IMG/VR virus record: IMGVR_UViG_2627853872_000003
DNA: 45,982 bases
Direction: 5' to 3' (one strand)
DNA from: a virus
Lineage: Duplodnaviria; Heunggongvirae; Uroviricota; Caudoviricetes
A program made the translations under genes and the position numbers. The notes below the pieces were generated by a model. That model was not told the DNA's origin. It did not search any database and worked only from the letters and a program-made list of their open reading frames with translations. Positions 35,941-45,982 of the stretch are shown piece by piece. Numbering within the stretch: position 1 is the first letter of the stretch; each line of letters begins with the position of its first letter.

Positions 35941-35993
35941 CCGACTCGGTGGCGCGGGGTTCCCGGGCGGGTCGCATCTCGCCACCGAGTCGG
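35941..35993. repeat. Perfect 14-bp inverted repeat with 25-nt spacer
   Basis: CCGACTCGGTGGCG / CGCCACCGAGTCGG just after the 35997 stop. Confidence 0.85.
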
Positions 35994-35996
35994 AGG

Positions 35997-36365
35997 TCAC
36001 GGAAGGCCGCTGCTGGGTTGGCCGAAAGCATCTCGTGCTGAAAATGCTGATTTGGAAAATCCAGCCTTCAGCGCCGCGACCTCACGCTCAAGCCGTTCGT
36101 TCTCCTCGATCAGCTCTGGGAGCATCGTCCGTGCTGCAGAGACGAACGCAGCATCGCGTTGCAACTGCGCGTAATCCGCACTGTCGAGCTCGATCCCAGC
36201 GAGGTCCACCGAATAGATCAAATCTGTGGACTTGTAGTCGTCCGGGTCGGACAAGAAGGTGCCTGCACCGACGGAGAGCACTTCGTCGTCATTTTCACCG
36301 ACCTCCCAGGGGCCCTCCGTTACCCCATCCAGGACCGCCCGTGCGCGCGTTGTCAATTCACTCAT
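35997..36365 (-). CDS. Phage-like hypothetical protein
   Basis: T.GPW..DAAFVSAAR..PEL pattern typical of actinophage early genes. Confidence 0.75.
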   Translation of the reverse strand: MSELTTRARAVLDGVTEGPWEVGENDDEVLSVGAGTFLSDPDDYKSTDLIYSVDLAGIELDSADYAQLQRDAAFVSAARTMLPELIEENERLEREVAALKAGFSKSAFSARDAFGQPSSGLP

Positions 36366-36637
36366 GACTGAACCTCGTATCGATAGTGCTCGCAGGGTTT
36401 CCGGTCCGGCCTGACGGTCCCGGGCGGGTCGCTCGCGCAGTAACGGGCCGGGTAGCGATAGTCCCGCAGTACCGGAACCTGGGTTTCGCGGTCGCCCCAC
36501 TCGGTGAATATCTCAGGCTCACTGTGAAACTCGGCATCAAGGTCGGTGCAAGTCGATATCGGCGCGAGGTTACGATTAGCATCTCGGTCCGCCCAGATCT
36601 GTTCGCGCTCAGCACACGTGATTTTCATCCACACCAT
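36362..36637 (-). CDS. Phage-like hypothetical protein
   Basis: Start and stop overlap neighbours on both sides. Confidence 0.7.
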   Translation of the reverse strand: MVWMKITCAEREQIWADRDANRNLAPISTCTDLDAEFHSEPEIFTEWGDRETQVPVLRDYRYPARYCASDPPGTVRPDRKPCEHYRYEVQS

Positions 36638-36909
36638 CAATGGACCCCTTCCGCACATAGAGCCGCGGCGAGAAGTGTGGCAGCTTGTTCGCGAGCCTCG
36701 GTGGGCGTAAGCCAGGTGCCATGTAAATCGACACGGCTGCCCAGAGTGCTCGCGCCGGTTTTGGAAGATCCGAAAAAGTTCCACGAGCCTGACCCCCGGG
36801 CCGCGGGCAGTTCAATCACCGCGTATCCGCGCGATTCGAGCAACGTCGCCGCTGTGTCTTCGATTGCGCTTGCGAGGGTTGTCCAGACCCGCCCAACGCC
36901 TGATTTCAT
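36637..36909 (-). CDS. Phage-like hypothetical protein
   Basis: Coupled overlaps. Confidence 0.7.
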   Translation of the reverse strand: MKSGVGRVWTTLASAIEDTAATLLESRGYAVIELPAARGSGSWNFFGSSKTGASTLGSRVDLHGTWLTPTEAREQAATLLAAALCAEGVH

Positions 36910-37262
36910 ACTGTGTCCTCGTTCGTTTCCGGTTGAATCAGGGCGTCACGCACCGCTCGTTCGATTCGCCTGTGCTGCAAGACATCCTCGGCGTCCTGGC
37001 AGTTGAACAGAGTTGTTCGGCAAATCACGACATGCCACCCTGGAATCCACAGGTAATGAACTGATTTAGCTCGCATCATCACCGCGGCCAGCACTGGACG
37101 ATTCGACAGGTAGTTAGCGTCCTTGGGCCATAACTTCCACGTCGAGAGATCGACCTTGGCTGACACATAGATCAGTATCAGTACAGCCGCGGCGGCAACA
37201 GCCAATCCCCCGATCAACACGGGGATGACCAGCAATCCCATCCAAAAATCGTGTGACATCAC
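36906..37262 (-). CDS. Membrane protein with 1 TM helix
   Basis: N-terminal hydrophobic helix; coupled. Confidence 0.75.
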   Translation of the reverse strand: MMSHDFWMGLLVIPVLIGGLAVAAAAVLILIYVSAKVDLSTWKLWPKDANYLSNRPVLAAVMMRAKSVHYLWIPGWHVVICRTTLFNCQDAEDVLQHRRIERAVRDALIQPETNEDTV

Positions 37263-37444
37263 TGGCCCACCAGAGTCAGCGGATGCCGCGCCTTGTGCCC
37301 TTGGCGGTAATCGATGTAGAGCACGGGTTCGAAGATCAATTCGCAGACGAACTTCCGCAGGGCCTGCCCACGGAGCGCTGCATGATCCTCGAAACGGTCT
37401 CCCCTGCCGATATAGCTGGCAAAAATCTTCTGAGTCACACTCAC
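37259..37444 (-). CDS. Small hypothetical protein
   Basis: GGAGG RBS directly after operator copy 4. Confidence 0.65.
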   Translation of the reverse strand: MSVTQKIFASYIGRGDRFEDHAALRGQALRKFVCELIFEPVLYIDYRQGHKARHPLTLVGQ

Positions 37445-37456
37445 GGTGCCTCCAAT

Positions 37457-37473
37457 TTCTCTATTTTAGAGAA
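37457..37473. promoter_or_regulatory. Palindromic operator copy 4
   Basis: Minus strand ATTCTCTAAAATAGAGAAAT, identical to copy 2. Confidence 0.7.
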
Positions 37474-37522
37474 TAGCGATGAGGTTTGGGAGTTGCAAGC
37501 AAAACGAAGATCTGCGGCTACA

Positions 37523-37981
37523 TCATCCCAACAGGACGTGACGGAGCCTGTGCAGCGGTGGTGGTACAGGTGCGCCAGCAGCGGACAGCGCCGCCCGGAA
37601 GGACCGACTGAATTCCACAGTCGACCAAGGCTCTCCGGCTGGGTTGAGGAACAACAGGGTGTCCGGCTCCGGTTCGCACCCAACCAAATGCTCTCGAACC
37701 TGCTCAACAAGCACCTCGGGCAGCCGAATCTCGGCACTGGGATGCTTGGCCGGCTCGAAACCAGTTCCAGACGTATCCACGACAACGCGCCAACGCACAC
37801 ACAGTGTCATCCCCGCTGCGCCATCGATGATGTCCTCGCGCGAAAGTGCCAGCACCTCACCAACGCGCAGCTGGCAGTACGCGATGAGAAGGACCGGCAA
37901 GCGCATGCCCACGGGCAGGTGATTGGCAATCTCGACGACCTCTTGGACTCTGAGGTTCCCTCTGCGGGAGCTGTCAATCAC
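37523..37981 (-). pseudogene. Truncated tyrosine recombinase catalytic domain
   Basis: LRVGE, PAK, LLF, LHRLRH then stop 5 codons later; no catalytic Tyr and no N-terminal domains. Confidence 0.7.
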
Positions 37982-38017
37982 CGGTCAAGCCTATCCCGCG
38001 ACCAGTGACGCCCACGT

Positions 38018-38341
38018 CTATCGAAGCAATGACGCACTGATGCCATGCTCCCGATCCAAATGTCGCTGATGGAGCAGTGTGAGCTCCCCCGAAGCTTGAA
38101 CGACCAGCAGTTCACCGCATTCGCCGCAGAGAGTGGCGCTTGGACCGCTCCCGTCGAACCCTTCTCCGAACTTGCCTACGAGGACGCTCCGATACCCAGA
38201 CCGGACGCCACGCAGCACCGGGTTGCCACTCCAGTCCGCACCCCACACCGCGACAACGCCGGCGGGAACGGGCTCATCCAAGTCGGCGATCTCCGCGTCT
38301 GTGAGCCGCTGCCCTGGCTGAAATTTACCGGGAGGCATCAT
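38018..38341 (-). CDS. Hypothetical protein with CxxC
   Basis: Coupled ATGA overlap. Confidence 0.65.
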   Translation of the reverse strand: MMPPGKFQPGQRLTDAEIADLDEPVPAGVVAVWGADWSGNPVLRGVRSGYRSVLVGKFGEGFDGSGPSATLCGECGELLVVQASGELTLLHQRHLDREHGISASLLR

Positions 38342-38577
38342 GCGTCTTTCGGTGCCTCGGCCAGGACGACGATCTCGTCGTCGGCATAGTCCCAGTCACC
38401 TGTCGTGCCGCCTTCGAGCGCACTGAAGAACCATCGGCCACCCTGGCGCCAACCCAGATACGTCGAGGCCTCATCGAGAGTGTTCCAACAGTCCCAGTCG
38501 TCGTCGTTGAAGGCGATCACATACTTGGCGCCGGCTACCGCGGCACAAGGTTCGATGATCGAATTCGGTATCTGCAC
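38338..38577 (-). CDS. Hypothetical acidic protein
   Basis: AGGAG RBS; protein-like. Confidence 0.7.
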   Translation of the reverse strand: MQIPNSIIEPCAAVAGAKYVIAFNDDDWDCWNTLDEASTYLGWRQGGRWFFSALEGGTTGDWDYADDEIVVLAEAPKDA

Positions 38578-38609
38578 AGAGAAACTCCTGAGTCGTCTTG
38601 GCTTTCAGA

Positions 38610-38831
38610 TCACTCCGACGCTGATCTCTCGGTTATGCGCACCGGCAGCGTGATCGCCGAGTACGCAACCGCTGCGGCGGATAGGTAGCCTGCTATCGTC
38701 CAGTACCCGAGAGGATGCGACGTAGAGGTCAAGATCCACATGATGAACGCCGCAGCGACAAGAATCTGCAGCAGTGCTATCGCCCACTTAGTCAGAAATC
38801 CGCCCCACTTGATCTCGATGTTCAGGTCCAT
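38610..38831 (-). CDS. Small membrane protein with 2 TM helices
   Basis: Two hydrophobic helices; GGAG RBS. Confidence 0.65.
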   Translation of the reverse strand: MDLNIEIKWGGFLTKWAIALLQILVAAAFIMWILTSTSHPLGYWTIAGYLSAAAVAYSAITLPVRITERSASE

Positions 38832-38904
38832 TTGTACTTCTCCATTCTCGGGTTGTGGGTTCAATGATGTTGAGCCGCTTACGATATGAGTTTTTGCGCC
38901 GCGC

Positions 38905-39183
38905 TCATGGCTCCAGCTCCTCTGTTCTGAACACCAAGGGTGAGAGGTCACTGATTGCCTTCTCGAACAACTGAATACGCGTGGCAGGACCGCAGGGTGG
39001 CTCAGTATCAGCGGCCAGCTTGTCGAGTACGGCCCGTATCGGCTTCAACGCCTCACAGGCAGCGGCCTCCATTGCCTCAGGTGTCCAGATCCCGTGATCG
39101 CCAGGTACGTAGGCGATTCCATCTAGTGGGTCTTTCGCATCCCATGCCCGTTGCGCGGCGCGGACGACCGGATCAGTAGTCAT
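38905..39183 (-). CDS. Mycobacteriophage-type small protein
   Basis: DP..RAAQRAW..AA.EALKPIR..L.PLVF..EEL; paralog of the 39349..39843 N-terminus. Confidence 0.75.
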   Translation of the reverse strand: MTTDPVVRAAQRAWDAKDPLDGIAYVPGDHGIWTPEAMEAAACEALKPIRAVLDKLAADTEPPCGPATRIQLFEKAISDLSPLVFRTEELEP

Positions 39184-39352
39184 CGCTCAATTTCCTCATT
39201 GAAATAGTTGGTTCAGAGCTTCGGGAGGCCGCGGGTCCAGTCACGCCGGCCTCGATCCGCTTGGCAAGCTCCACCTCTCGTTCCGCCGTCAACAAGTCAG
39301 GCAAGTCCTCGAGGATCTCTATCTGCTTCACCAGGTGCATGGCCGCACTCAC
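39173..39352 (-). CDS. 59-aa protein resembling sigma-70 region 1.2 (not in ORF track)
   Basis: Manual translation [39 protein letters not shown]..; overlaps both neighbours. Confidence 0.7.
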   Translation of the reverse strand: [59 protein letters not shown]

Positions 39353-39843
39353 TTCTTCCGGGATCTCTTGATCAGCGCCGGGCGCGCATGTGGAGGAACT
39401 GATTCCGAGCGCTTCCGCGCACGCTCAAACTCTCTCCGCAACCACCCCTTTTCCGGCTTCTGTTGTTCGGACTCCAGGTTCTGCATGATCTCCTCAGCGG
39501 AATAGAGCGCGGAAATGGGTTGCGCCGAGCCGAGAAGATCGGCCCCGTCCGAATCGTCGAAGGTGGGAGAATCGGCGTCAGCATCGTTGGTTCCGGTCGG
39601 ATTCGACATCGCGTTCACCGGCATCAATTCCGTGCTCGGATAGATGAGAACAACGAGCTCATCCCATGCCTGCGGAGACAACAGGTGCCACTGACGCGAT
39701 GCGCACCACCGCGCATGCCACGCCTTTACCGGCTCCAATGCTTCACCCGCAGCGGCAATCTCACTGGCTGAAGGCTCAATATCGGCAGCACCACGCTTGC
39801 CCCATGCCCGCCGCACGGCTGAAATCGCAGGATCGTTAGTCAT
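39349..39843 (-). CDS. Mycobacteriophage-type protein, possibly a fusion
   Basis: N-terminal paralog of 38905..39183 plus an acidic/basic C-terminal part. Confidence 0.7.
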   Translation of the reverse strand: MTNDPAISAVRRAWGKRGAADIEPSASEIAAAGEALEPVKAWHARWCASRQWHLLSPQAWDELVVLIYPSTELMPVNAMSNPTGTNDADADSPTFDDSDGADLLGSAQPISALYSAEEIMQNLESEQQKPEKGWLRREFERARKRSESVPPHARPALIKRSRKK

Positions 39844-40119
39844 TGTTCAAATTCCCCTCCGGATACCGAACTTGCGCGATGCGCGACACAACTGCATGCG
39901 GACCGTAGATGACGTATCCCTCCCGGACTCCTCCGGTTGCGGGATCGTCTACGCGGCAGTAGAACTTGAGCAGTTCCTGTCCGAACCGGTCTTGATGTGG
40001 TTCAGCGTCACGAAGTACCTCTGTGGTGAACACGCGAGATTCGTCTTCGCCCTGGGGCCGCGCCCAATGCTCGAAGAAGTCTCCCGCCCGAAGCTGATCT
40101 GCGCGGATCTCCGAAGTGC

Positions 40120-40123
<4 letters not shown>
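39836..40123 (-). CDS. Hypothetical protein
   Basis: ATGA overlap with the rIIB stop. Confidence 0.7.
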
Positions 40124-41199
<1,076 letters not shown>

Positions 41200-41237
41200 G
41201 GGTTGGTTCCTGTTCTGTTGATGTGGTTTTCGTGCTG

Positions 41238-43301
41238 CTACGCGGCTGCCGCTTCGGCCTTCTGGGGGAGCCGGGGCGGGGTGTGTGCTATGTACTCGGC
41301 GTATTCCGGTCCGGGTTCGCGGCGTCCGTAGTAGCTCTGAAAATGGGCAAGCAGCGGGTAGGCGCGCATCAAATCGCGGCGTAGTTCACCCAGTTCGGCA
41401 CGCAACGCTCCCGCCGAAGAGCTCCCCCAGACCGAGAGCATGACGGCTCGCTGAACAGCGGTGGTCTGGCGCATGTCGCTGACCAATGCGTCGATGCGTG
41501 TGAGAATTTCGGGCGTCGTCCGACCCGCTGGCATCAATTCCAGCGCCGTGGGGACCACACCGAAAAACTGTGACTCGTCTGCGTGTGCCACTAGAACGTC
41601 AAGCGCAACGGCCAGAAGCTGCTCGCGTGTCCACCCGGAGGTCTCGGCGCGAAAACGCCGATCCATCCATTTCTCGCGGGTCATTGCCTCCGGCACGGCG
41701 GCGATCAGTGGCCTGGTCTGACGTTTTCCCAAGTAGACCCCCAGTGACGCGGGTCCACTTTCGAGATGCCGGGGCCGATCTCCATGGACGTACCAGACCG
41801 GTAGCCCCGATGCCTTGATCTCGGCCGCGGTCATGTCAACGGCCTCCGGATTCGCGCCGTCGCAACCGATCAACGCACACTGATAGGCATTTGAGGCCAC
41901 TCGCTCCGTCTTGGTCTTCGCTATCTCTTCGTTCCACTCCGTGAAGGTGTAGTGCGAGACACCTTCGGTTGCCGCTCCGACTGACCAAGTCTGTGAGACC
42001 GTGCGCTTTTCGGCGTCGATAATCGGAAGTTCGACGGCTCCTTGGCCTTTCGGTACTGGAATGATCCGCCGAGCGCCCGGCTGTACGTCTTCCAGGAACC
42101 TTGCAAATCCCCGCAACACGCGACCGGCTGGAACCTCGGTGACAACCACGGTGTCGCCCATGACTTCACAGCCGCGCGCCGCGCTGAAAGAGTCGGCCTC
42201 GCAGCGACCGCCGACGCGGTCCCATCGTGCACGCCCAGATTGGCTGAACACTAGCTTCCAAGCGCCAATGCCAGCAGGCACCTGCACACGGAACTTGATC
42301 GGAAGGTGCTCGGGCTTAGCGACCTTCCCTAGAGTCTGAGCGCGCAGAGTCACCGCAGCAGCGATGTCCTTTTCCGCCAGCTCATTGAGACGCGTTTCCA
42401 GTGCCTCATAGGCTGATTGGTACCCAGCCAGGGCAGTGTCCACAGCGGCGAGCGTGCGAGCTGTCGCGACCACATTCTCTCGGCTGGGAGTGTGATCGAA
42501 CGACCCCACGGGAAGCTCAATCACGCACGAAATCAGTTTTGTAGTTTCAAGGACACGTCTGGTGACCTCGGGCACCGAGGCGAACAAGGTGCCGCCGCTG
42601 CGAACCATCACGGCACCTTTGCTGTCACCGATCTGCCGGCAAGAGACAGGACCGATCCAGCTCGGGCCTCCCTCAAGACTGGGCACCTTCTTGCCGTCCA
42701 CGAGGACGGCTCCCGCCGCGTGTGCGGAGGCAACCTGCTGCACCACACTCGCCCATTCCTGAACTTGTCCTTCCACTTCCACCGGCACAGTGATGCAGGT
42801 TCCGTCCGGGGAATCGCTGTCCACGCCAGCCGCGAGAACCTGGTGGGACAGGTCACGGGCAGCGCGCACGAGCGTGCGTTTTCCGCCCTTGACGGTGTCC
42901 ACCAAGAACGACTCCGTCAGCGCCCATGCGGATTTCGCGCCGACCCCGAGTCCACCGATCAGGTCATTGCTATGCCGTTTAGTAGAGGCAGCGAAAGCCA
43001 AGAAGGTGGCTTCGACTTCATCGGTGGACATCCCGGTACCGCTGTCCGTCACCGTCAGGTGAGGATCAACCAGTGTCGGCGTAGTCACGCGCACTGGTTC
43101 GGCAGAACCCGCCACACGACTGGCGTCCACTGCGTTCGACACATACTCACGCACTACAGCGAGTCGGCGGTCGGCGTACAGATTGACCAGCATTTCCATC
43201 ATGCGTCGCGCGCCCTCTGGGTCGACCCGGCTGGTCATGGTGGGTAGATCGGCACTATCGCCAACGCTGATCAGTGTCGAAGCCGGAGCCGATAGCCGCA
43301 T
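41238..43301 (-). CDS. rIIA: T4 rIIA-like GHKL (Hsp90/MutL-type) ATPase
   Basis: LY..RLAVVREYVSNAVDAS, VTDSGTGMS, STK..IGGLGVGAKS, G.FDHTPSRE; directly upstream of rIIB. Confidence 0.85.
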   Translation of the reverse strand: MRLSAPASTLISVGDSADLPTMTSRVDPEGARRMMEMLVNLYADRRLAVVREYVSNAVDASRVAGSAEPVRVTTPTLVDPHLTVTDSGTGMSTDEVEATFLAFAASTKRHSNDLIGGLGVGAKSAWALTESFLVDTVKGGKRTLVRAARDLSHQVLAAGVDSDSPDGTCITVPVEVEGQVQEWASVVQQVASAHAAGAVLVDGKKVPSLEGGPSWIGPVSCRQIGDSKGAVMVRSGGTLFASVPEVTRRVLETTKLISCVIELPVGSFDHTPSRENVVATARTLAAVDTALAGYQSAYEALETRLNELAEKDIAAAVTLRAQTLGKVAKPEHLPIKFRVQVPAGIGAWKLVFSQSGRARWDRVGGRCEADSFSAARGCEVMGDTVVVTEVPAGRVLRGFARFLEDVQPGARRIIPVPKGQGAVELPIIDAEKRTVSQTWSVGAATEGVSHYTFTEWNEEIAKTKTERVASNAYQCALIGCDGANPEAVDMTAAEIKASGLPVWYVHGDRPRHLESGPASLGVYLGKRQTRPLIAAVPEAMTREKWMDRRFRAETSGWTREQLLAVALDVLVAHADESQFFGVVPTALELMPAGRTTPEILTRIDALVSDMRQTTAVQRAVMLSVWGSSSAGALRAELGELRRDLMRAYPLLAHFQSYYGRREPGPEYAEYIAHTPPRLPQKAEAAAA

Positions 43302-43322
43302 GTCATTCTCCTGTCGTTTGCA

Positions 43323-43339
43323 TTCTCTATTTTAGAGAA
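43323..43339. promoter_or_regulatory. Palindromic operator copy 5
   Basis: Minus strand ATTCTCTAAAATAGAGAAT upstream of the rIIA RBS. Confidence 0.7.
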
Positions 43340-43476
43340 TAGCGGGAGGGTCTGACAAGCGGTTGGAATCCACCGGCTGAGGCCATTCATGGTGGTAGGG
43401 CGCCAGGGAAAGTCGCATGGGCCGACGGTGCCACGGGACGATGGCGCTGTCGCCCGGCAGTAGGCGACACGCCGAA

Positions 43477-44304
43477 TTACCGAGCGATCAGTCCCACCGA
43501 CAGGCGCTTCAGAAGCGGGCTCGGCTGCCAACCCCACTTGGCGGGCACGTCACGTTGACTAGCGACGATCGTTTCCACGACAGCAGCCATGTCGTCCGGG
43601 GTGTACCAGTCGGCAGACCACGGCGCGTTGGCTTCGACGACCCGCCAACCAGCTGGACCGACCGCGGGGTCAACGCACCAGCCGACATCAACAACGACCG
43701 CAGGCGGTACCGACAGGTAGTGCGGGACGAGCTGTGCCAGCCACGCTGCGGCCTCGGCTGAACGACCCGGATCATCCAATGCCGGCCACTGCTCGCGCGG
43801 CACGTTGGGGAAGTAAGCGGCACGCGCGACCACCTGTCCGCCCAGAAGCCAGCAGCGGACCTCGTAGTCGAAGTGCGCCGGGGTCTGGAGTTGAACCGGC
43901 TCATCTGGCGGTAGTCGGTACAACGCTGCGAGCAGCTCGCCGACTTCGCGCGTACGCGCGCTGAAACTGTCGTGCTTGGTCTCGGGCAGCTTGGCGAAGA
44001 CAGGGTCCGTGCGCTCCCCGCTTGCTTCCCTGATCAGGTCCGCCGCGGTGCTGGTCCGGATGTCACGTCCCGCCAACAGCTGATAAACGTGGTCAAGCCA
44101 CGCCGGGCCGGCGGACGACAGAAGCAGATGAGGGTGGCGGGCGATGGCAGCGGCAGCCCACGCTCCCGGACACCACAGCGCGACGTCGACGTCACCGGCC
44201 GCCGCAGTGTCCAGACCGTGGTCCAGGCGCACATCGGCGTACGGGCGGAGATCGTCAGCACGCCAGCGTTGATGGGTGATAACGGTCAGGTGGGGACGTG
44301 ACAA
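43477..44304 (-). CDS. ATP-grasp protein (DUF4343/R2K-like)
   Basis: VFAK, EVRCW, VVVDVG, VVEAN..W. Confidence 0.8.
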   Translation of the reverse strand: MSRPHLTVITHQRWRADDLRPYADVRLDHGLDTAAAGDVDVALWCPGAWAAAAIARHPHLLLSSAGPAWLDHVYQLLAGRDIRTSTAADLIREASGERTDPVFAKLPETKHDSFSARTREVGELLAALYRLPPDEPVQLQTPAHFDYEVRCWLLGGQVVARAAYFPNVPREQWPALDDPGRSAEAAAWLAQLVPHYLSVPPAVVVDVGWCVDPAVGPAGWRVVEANAPWSADWYTPDDMAAVVETIVASQRDVPAKWGWQPSPLLKRLSVGLIAR

Positions 44305-44352
44305 CTAGCCGACCTCACTTTCACCGGTATGCACAGCAACACGCCATTGCGT

Positions 44353-45210
44353 TCACGGGCGGCGACCGGTACGCGTAGAAGCCATGGGCGGCATGGCGTC
44401 TCCGTTGTCATCGGGGTATTGGCCGGCCGCCATCTCGTTGGCAACTTCGTCGACGTAGCGCTCATAGAACTCGCCGGTGAACACAACGAATGCGCTCGAG
44501 GGGCAATGTTCAACAGAGACTCCGATCGGCTGCGCATCGCGCGCAGGTGTCATCCGATCGGCCAAGTCCTCGGGTGTCCACTGGGTTCCATCACTCGGGA
44601 ATCGCATATCCGCGAAGAAGCTTCGGGCGGCACGCGCAGGGTCCATGCGCGTCTGCACAGACCCGTCAGGGTGCGGTCGGCCGAAGATGCCTAGCTCGTG
44701 ACGTACCCGGCTAACCTCATCGTGCGGTAGCGCCATCGAAGCCGGAACTGCCGTGTTGGCAAGATTGCGCATCTCGGTCTGCCGCATGGAAACCGCCAAG
44801 GCAGCGACGATTCCAGAACGATGGGTCCGTGTACGCAGGCCTTCGGCGATGATGATCTTGCCGTTGGCCACCTGGCGGGCGGTGAGGCTTGAAACCAACT
44901 CTGCAGACACCCGCGGCACGCAGGGTGTGATCACGATATTCGAGATGGTGGCAGGCTTCGCGAACGGGATTTCCAGTTGCCCTGGTCTGGGCTGCTGACG
45001 CTCAATGCCCGCCCTCTCGTGTTCCATCCAAACCAACAACGCAAACGCGAGGAGCACGACTGTGATTGCCAACGCAGCTATGGCCTTCTTGGGTATGGAA
45101 TCCCAGAGACGCCGCTGCTTTGTCCCTCCATCTACAACAGCCTCAACGGGGTCTGTCGGGTCGGCTCCGGCCTGCTCATTGATCGGTTGTTCACTCGGGC
45201 TTGTGCTCAT
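44353..45210 (-). CDS. Membrane-anchored protein with a degenerate lysozyme-like domain
   Basis: TM helix; LT..Q..N...II..ALA..E..NL..MDP..AA..F pattern of actinobacterial conjugative wall hydrolases. Confidence 0.6.
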   Translation of the reverse strand: MSTSPSEQPINEQAGADPTDPVEAVVDGGTKQRRLWDSIPKKAIAALAITVVLLAFALLVWMEHERAGIERQQPRPGQLEIPFAKPATISNIVITPCVPRVSAELVSSLTARQVANGKIIIAEGLRTRTHRSGIVAALAVSMRQTEMRNLANTAVPASMALPHDEVSRVRHELGIFGRPHPDGSVQTRMDPARAARSFFADMRFPSDGTQWTPEDLADRMTPARDAQPIGVSVEHCPSSAFVVFTGEFYERYVDEVANEMAAGQYPDDNGDAMPPMASTRTGRRP

Positions 45211-45356
45211 CTGCAGATTCCTTCGAGATGCGGTTCAGCGGCGGGCGCCGATCACCGGACCGTACGAGCGAGCGTCACGAAGAAACGAAGGTGGCGCGAA
45301 CCGACAGCGTCGCGCCGCAGCGCTGTGATCTGAACTGCAGCTGCCACTGTGCGGCC

Positions 45357-45587
45357 ATGCAGCTGACAGTGAAGTACACCGACGTCTACGACGGCGCAGA
45401 GTATCCGCGAACCGAAACTTTCGATGTCCCTGCCCCAGTTGGAGATATCGAGGACTGGGCCTACGACCACCTCTACTCGAGATCCGGGGACGGGCGCGGA
45501 CACGGCGAGGCAGGGTACTTCGCCGAGATCATCGCGTGTGCCGAGCGCCCCGAACTCGAAAAGCGCCAGTTTTCGTGGGGCGTCTGA
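45357..45587 (+). CDS. Hypothetical protein
   Basis: Protein-like, acidic. Confidence 0.7.
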   Translation: MQLTVKYTDVYDGAEYPRTETFDVPAPVGDIEDWAYDHLYSRSGDGRGHGEAGYFAEIIACAERPELEKRQFSWGV

Positions 45588-45703
45588 TGCGGACAGAAGT
45601 CACCGCTGGTTCGATCCTTATCCTCGACCGCTATCCGGCTGAGGCTGAACAACTTCACGCTGCTGCGGATCGGGCCGAGCGTCCGGCGAACGAGAACGGC
45701 TGA
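45587..45703 (+). CDS. 38-aa small ORF
   Basis: TGATG coupling; fills the gap to the next gene. Confidence 0.35.
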   Translation: MRTEVTAGSILILDRYPAEAEQLHAAADRAERPANENG

Positions 45704-45706
45704 GCA

Positions 45707-45928
45707 ATGAGCCTGTACCCCAACGATGTTCACCCGGACTTTCCGGTGGCCACGGTGTACTCCAGCACCGGGGATCCGGTCGACTATCTCGGGCACTGGC
45801 AGACCGTTGTGTCCTACGCCGCTCAGGGATACCGCGTCACGGTTCACGCAGGCGACGGGCCCTACTCGAAAGATGAGCTGCAAGCGGCCGCAGACCGCGA
45901 GCTGGCAGACGCAGAGGTTCGCTGGTAG
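45707..45928 (+). CDS. Hypothetical protein
   Basis: Protein-like, operon context. Confidence 0.7.
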   Translation: MSLYPNDVHPDFPVATVYSSTGDPVDYLGHWQTVVSYAAQGYRVTVHAGDGPYSKDELQAAADRELADAEVRW

Positions 45929-45982
45929 CTCATCCGGGCATGCCTTTTCGATCGCCACTGATGGTGTACACACCGATATCAT

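Overview
High-GC actinobacterial DNA, most likely from Mycobacterium (inferred from ESX genes and tRNA style). It looks like part of a large mobile element (conjugative plasmid, ICE or prophage-like island). Left to right: (1) eccB of a type VII secretion locus running off the left edge; (2) a phage-like accessory operon with two paralogous XRE regulators, a HAD nucleotidase and a vWA protein; (3) an ~11.7 kb plus-strand tRNA array (6214-17903) with 36 tRNA genes covering all 20 amino acids. The array also holds a probable GOLLD lncRNA with a nested tRNA-like element, a second ~490-nt ORF-less structured RNA candidate, many 110-175-nt folded spacers, three HNH genes and rtcB; (4) a Tox-REase-5-like toxin with a tandem-domain immunity protein; (5) GNAT, XRE-fusion and DUF3800-like genes; (6) two clusters of ESX-substrate-like genes (WXG100-like, PE-like, EspK-like, NlpC/P60) around a lone tRNA-Arg; (7) a phage-like minus-strand block with a truncated tyrosine recombinase, a 59-aa sigma-70 region-1.2 look-alike missing from the ORF track, a T4 rIIA/rIIB-like pair and an ATP-grasp gene. 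A palindrome, TTCTC-N7-GAGAA, precedes five of these units. All calls come from manual reading; no database searches or folding programs were run.
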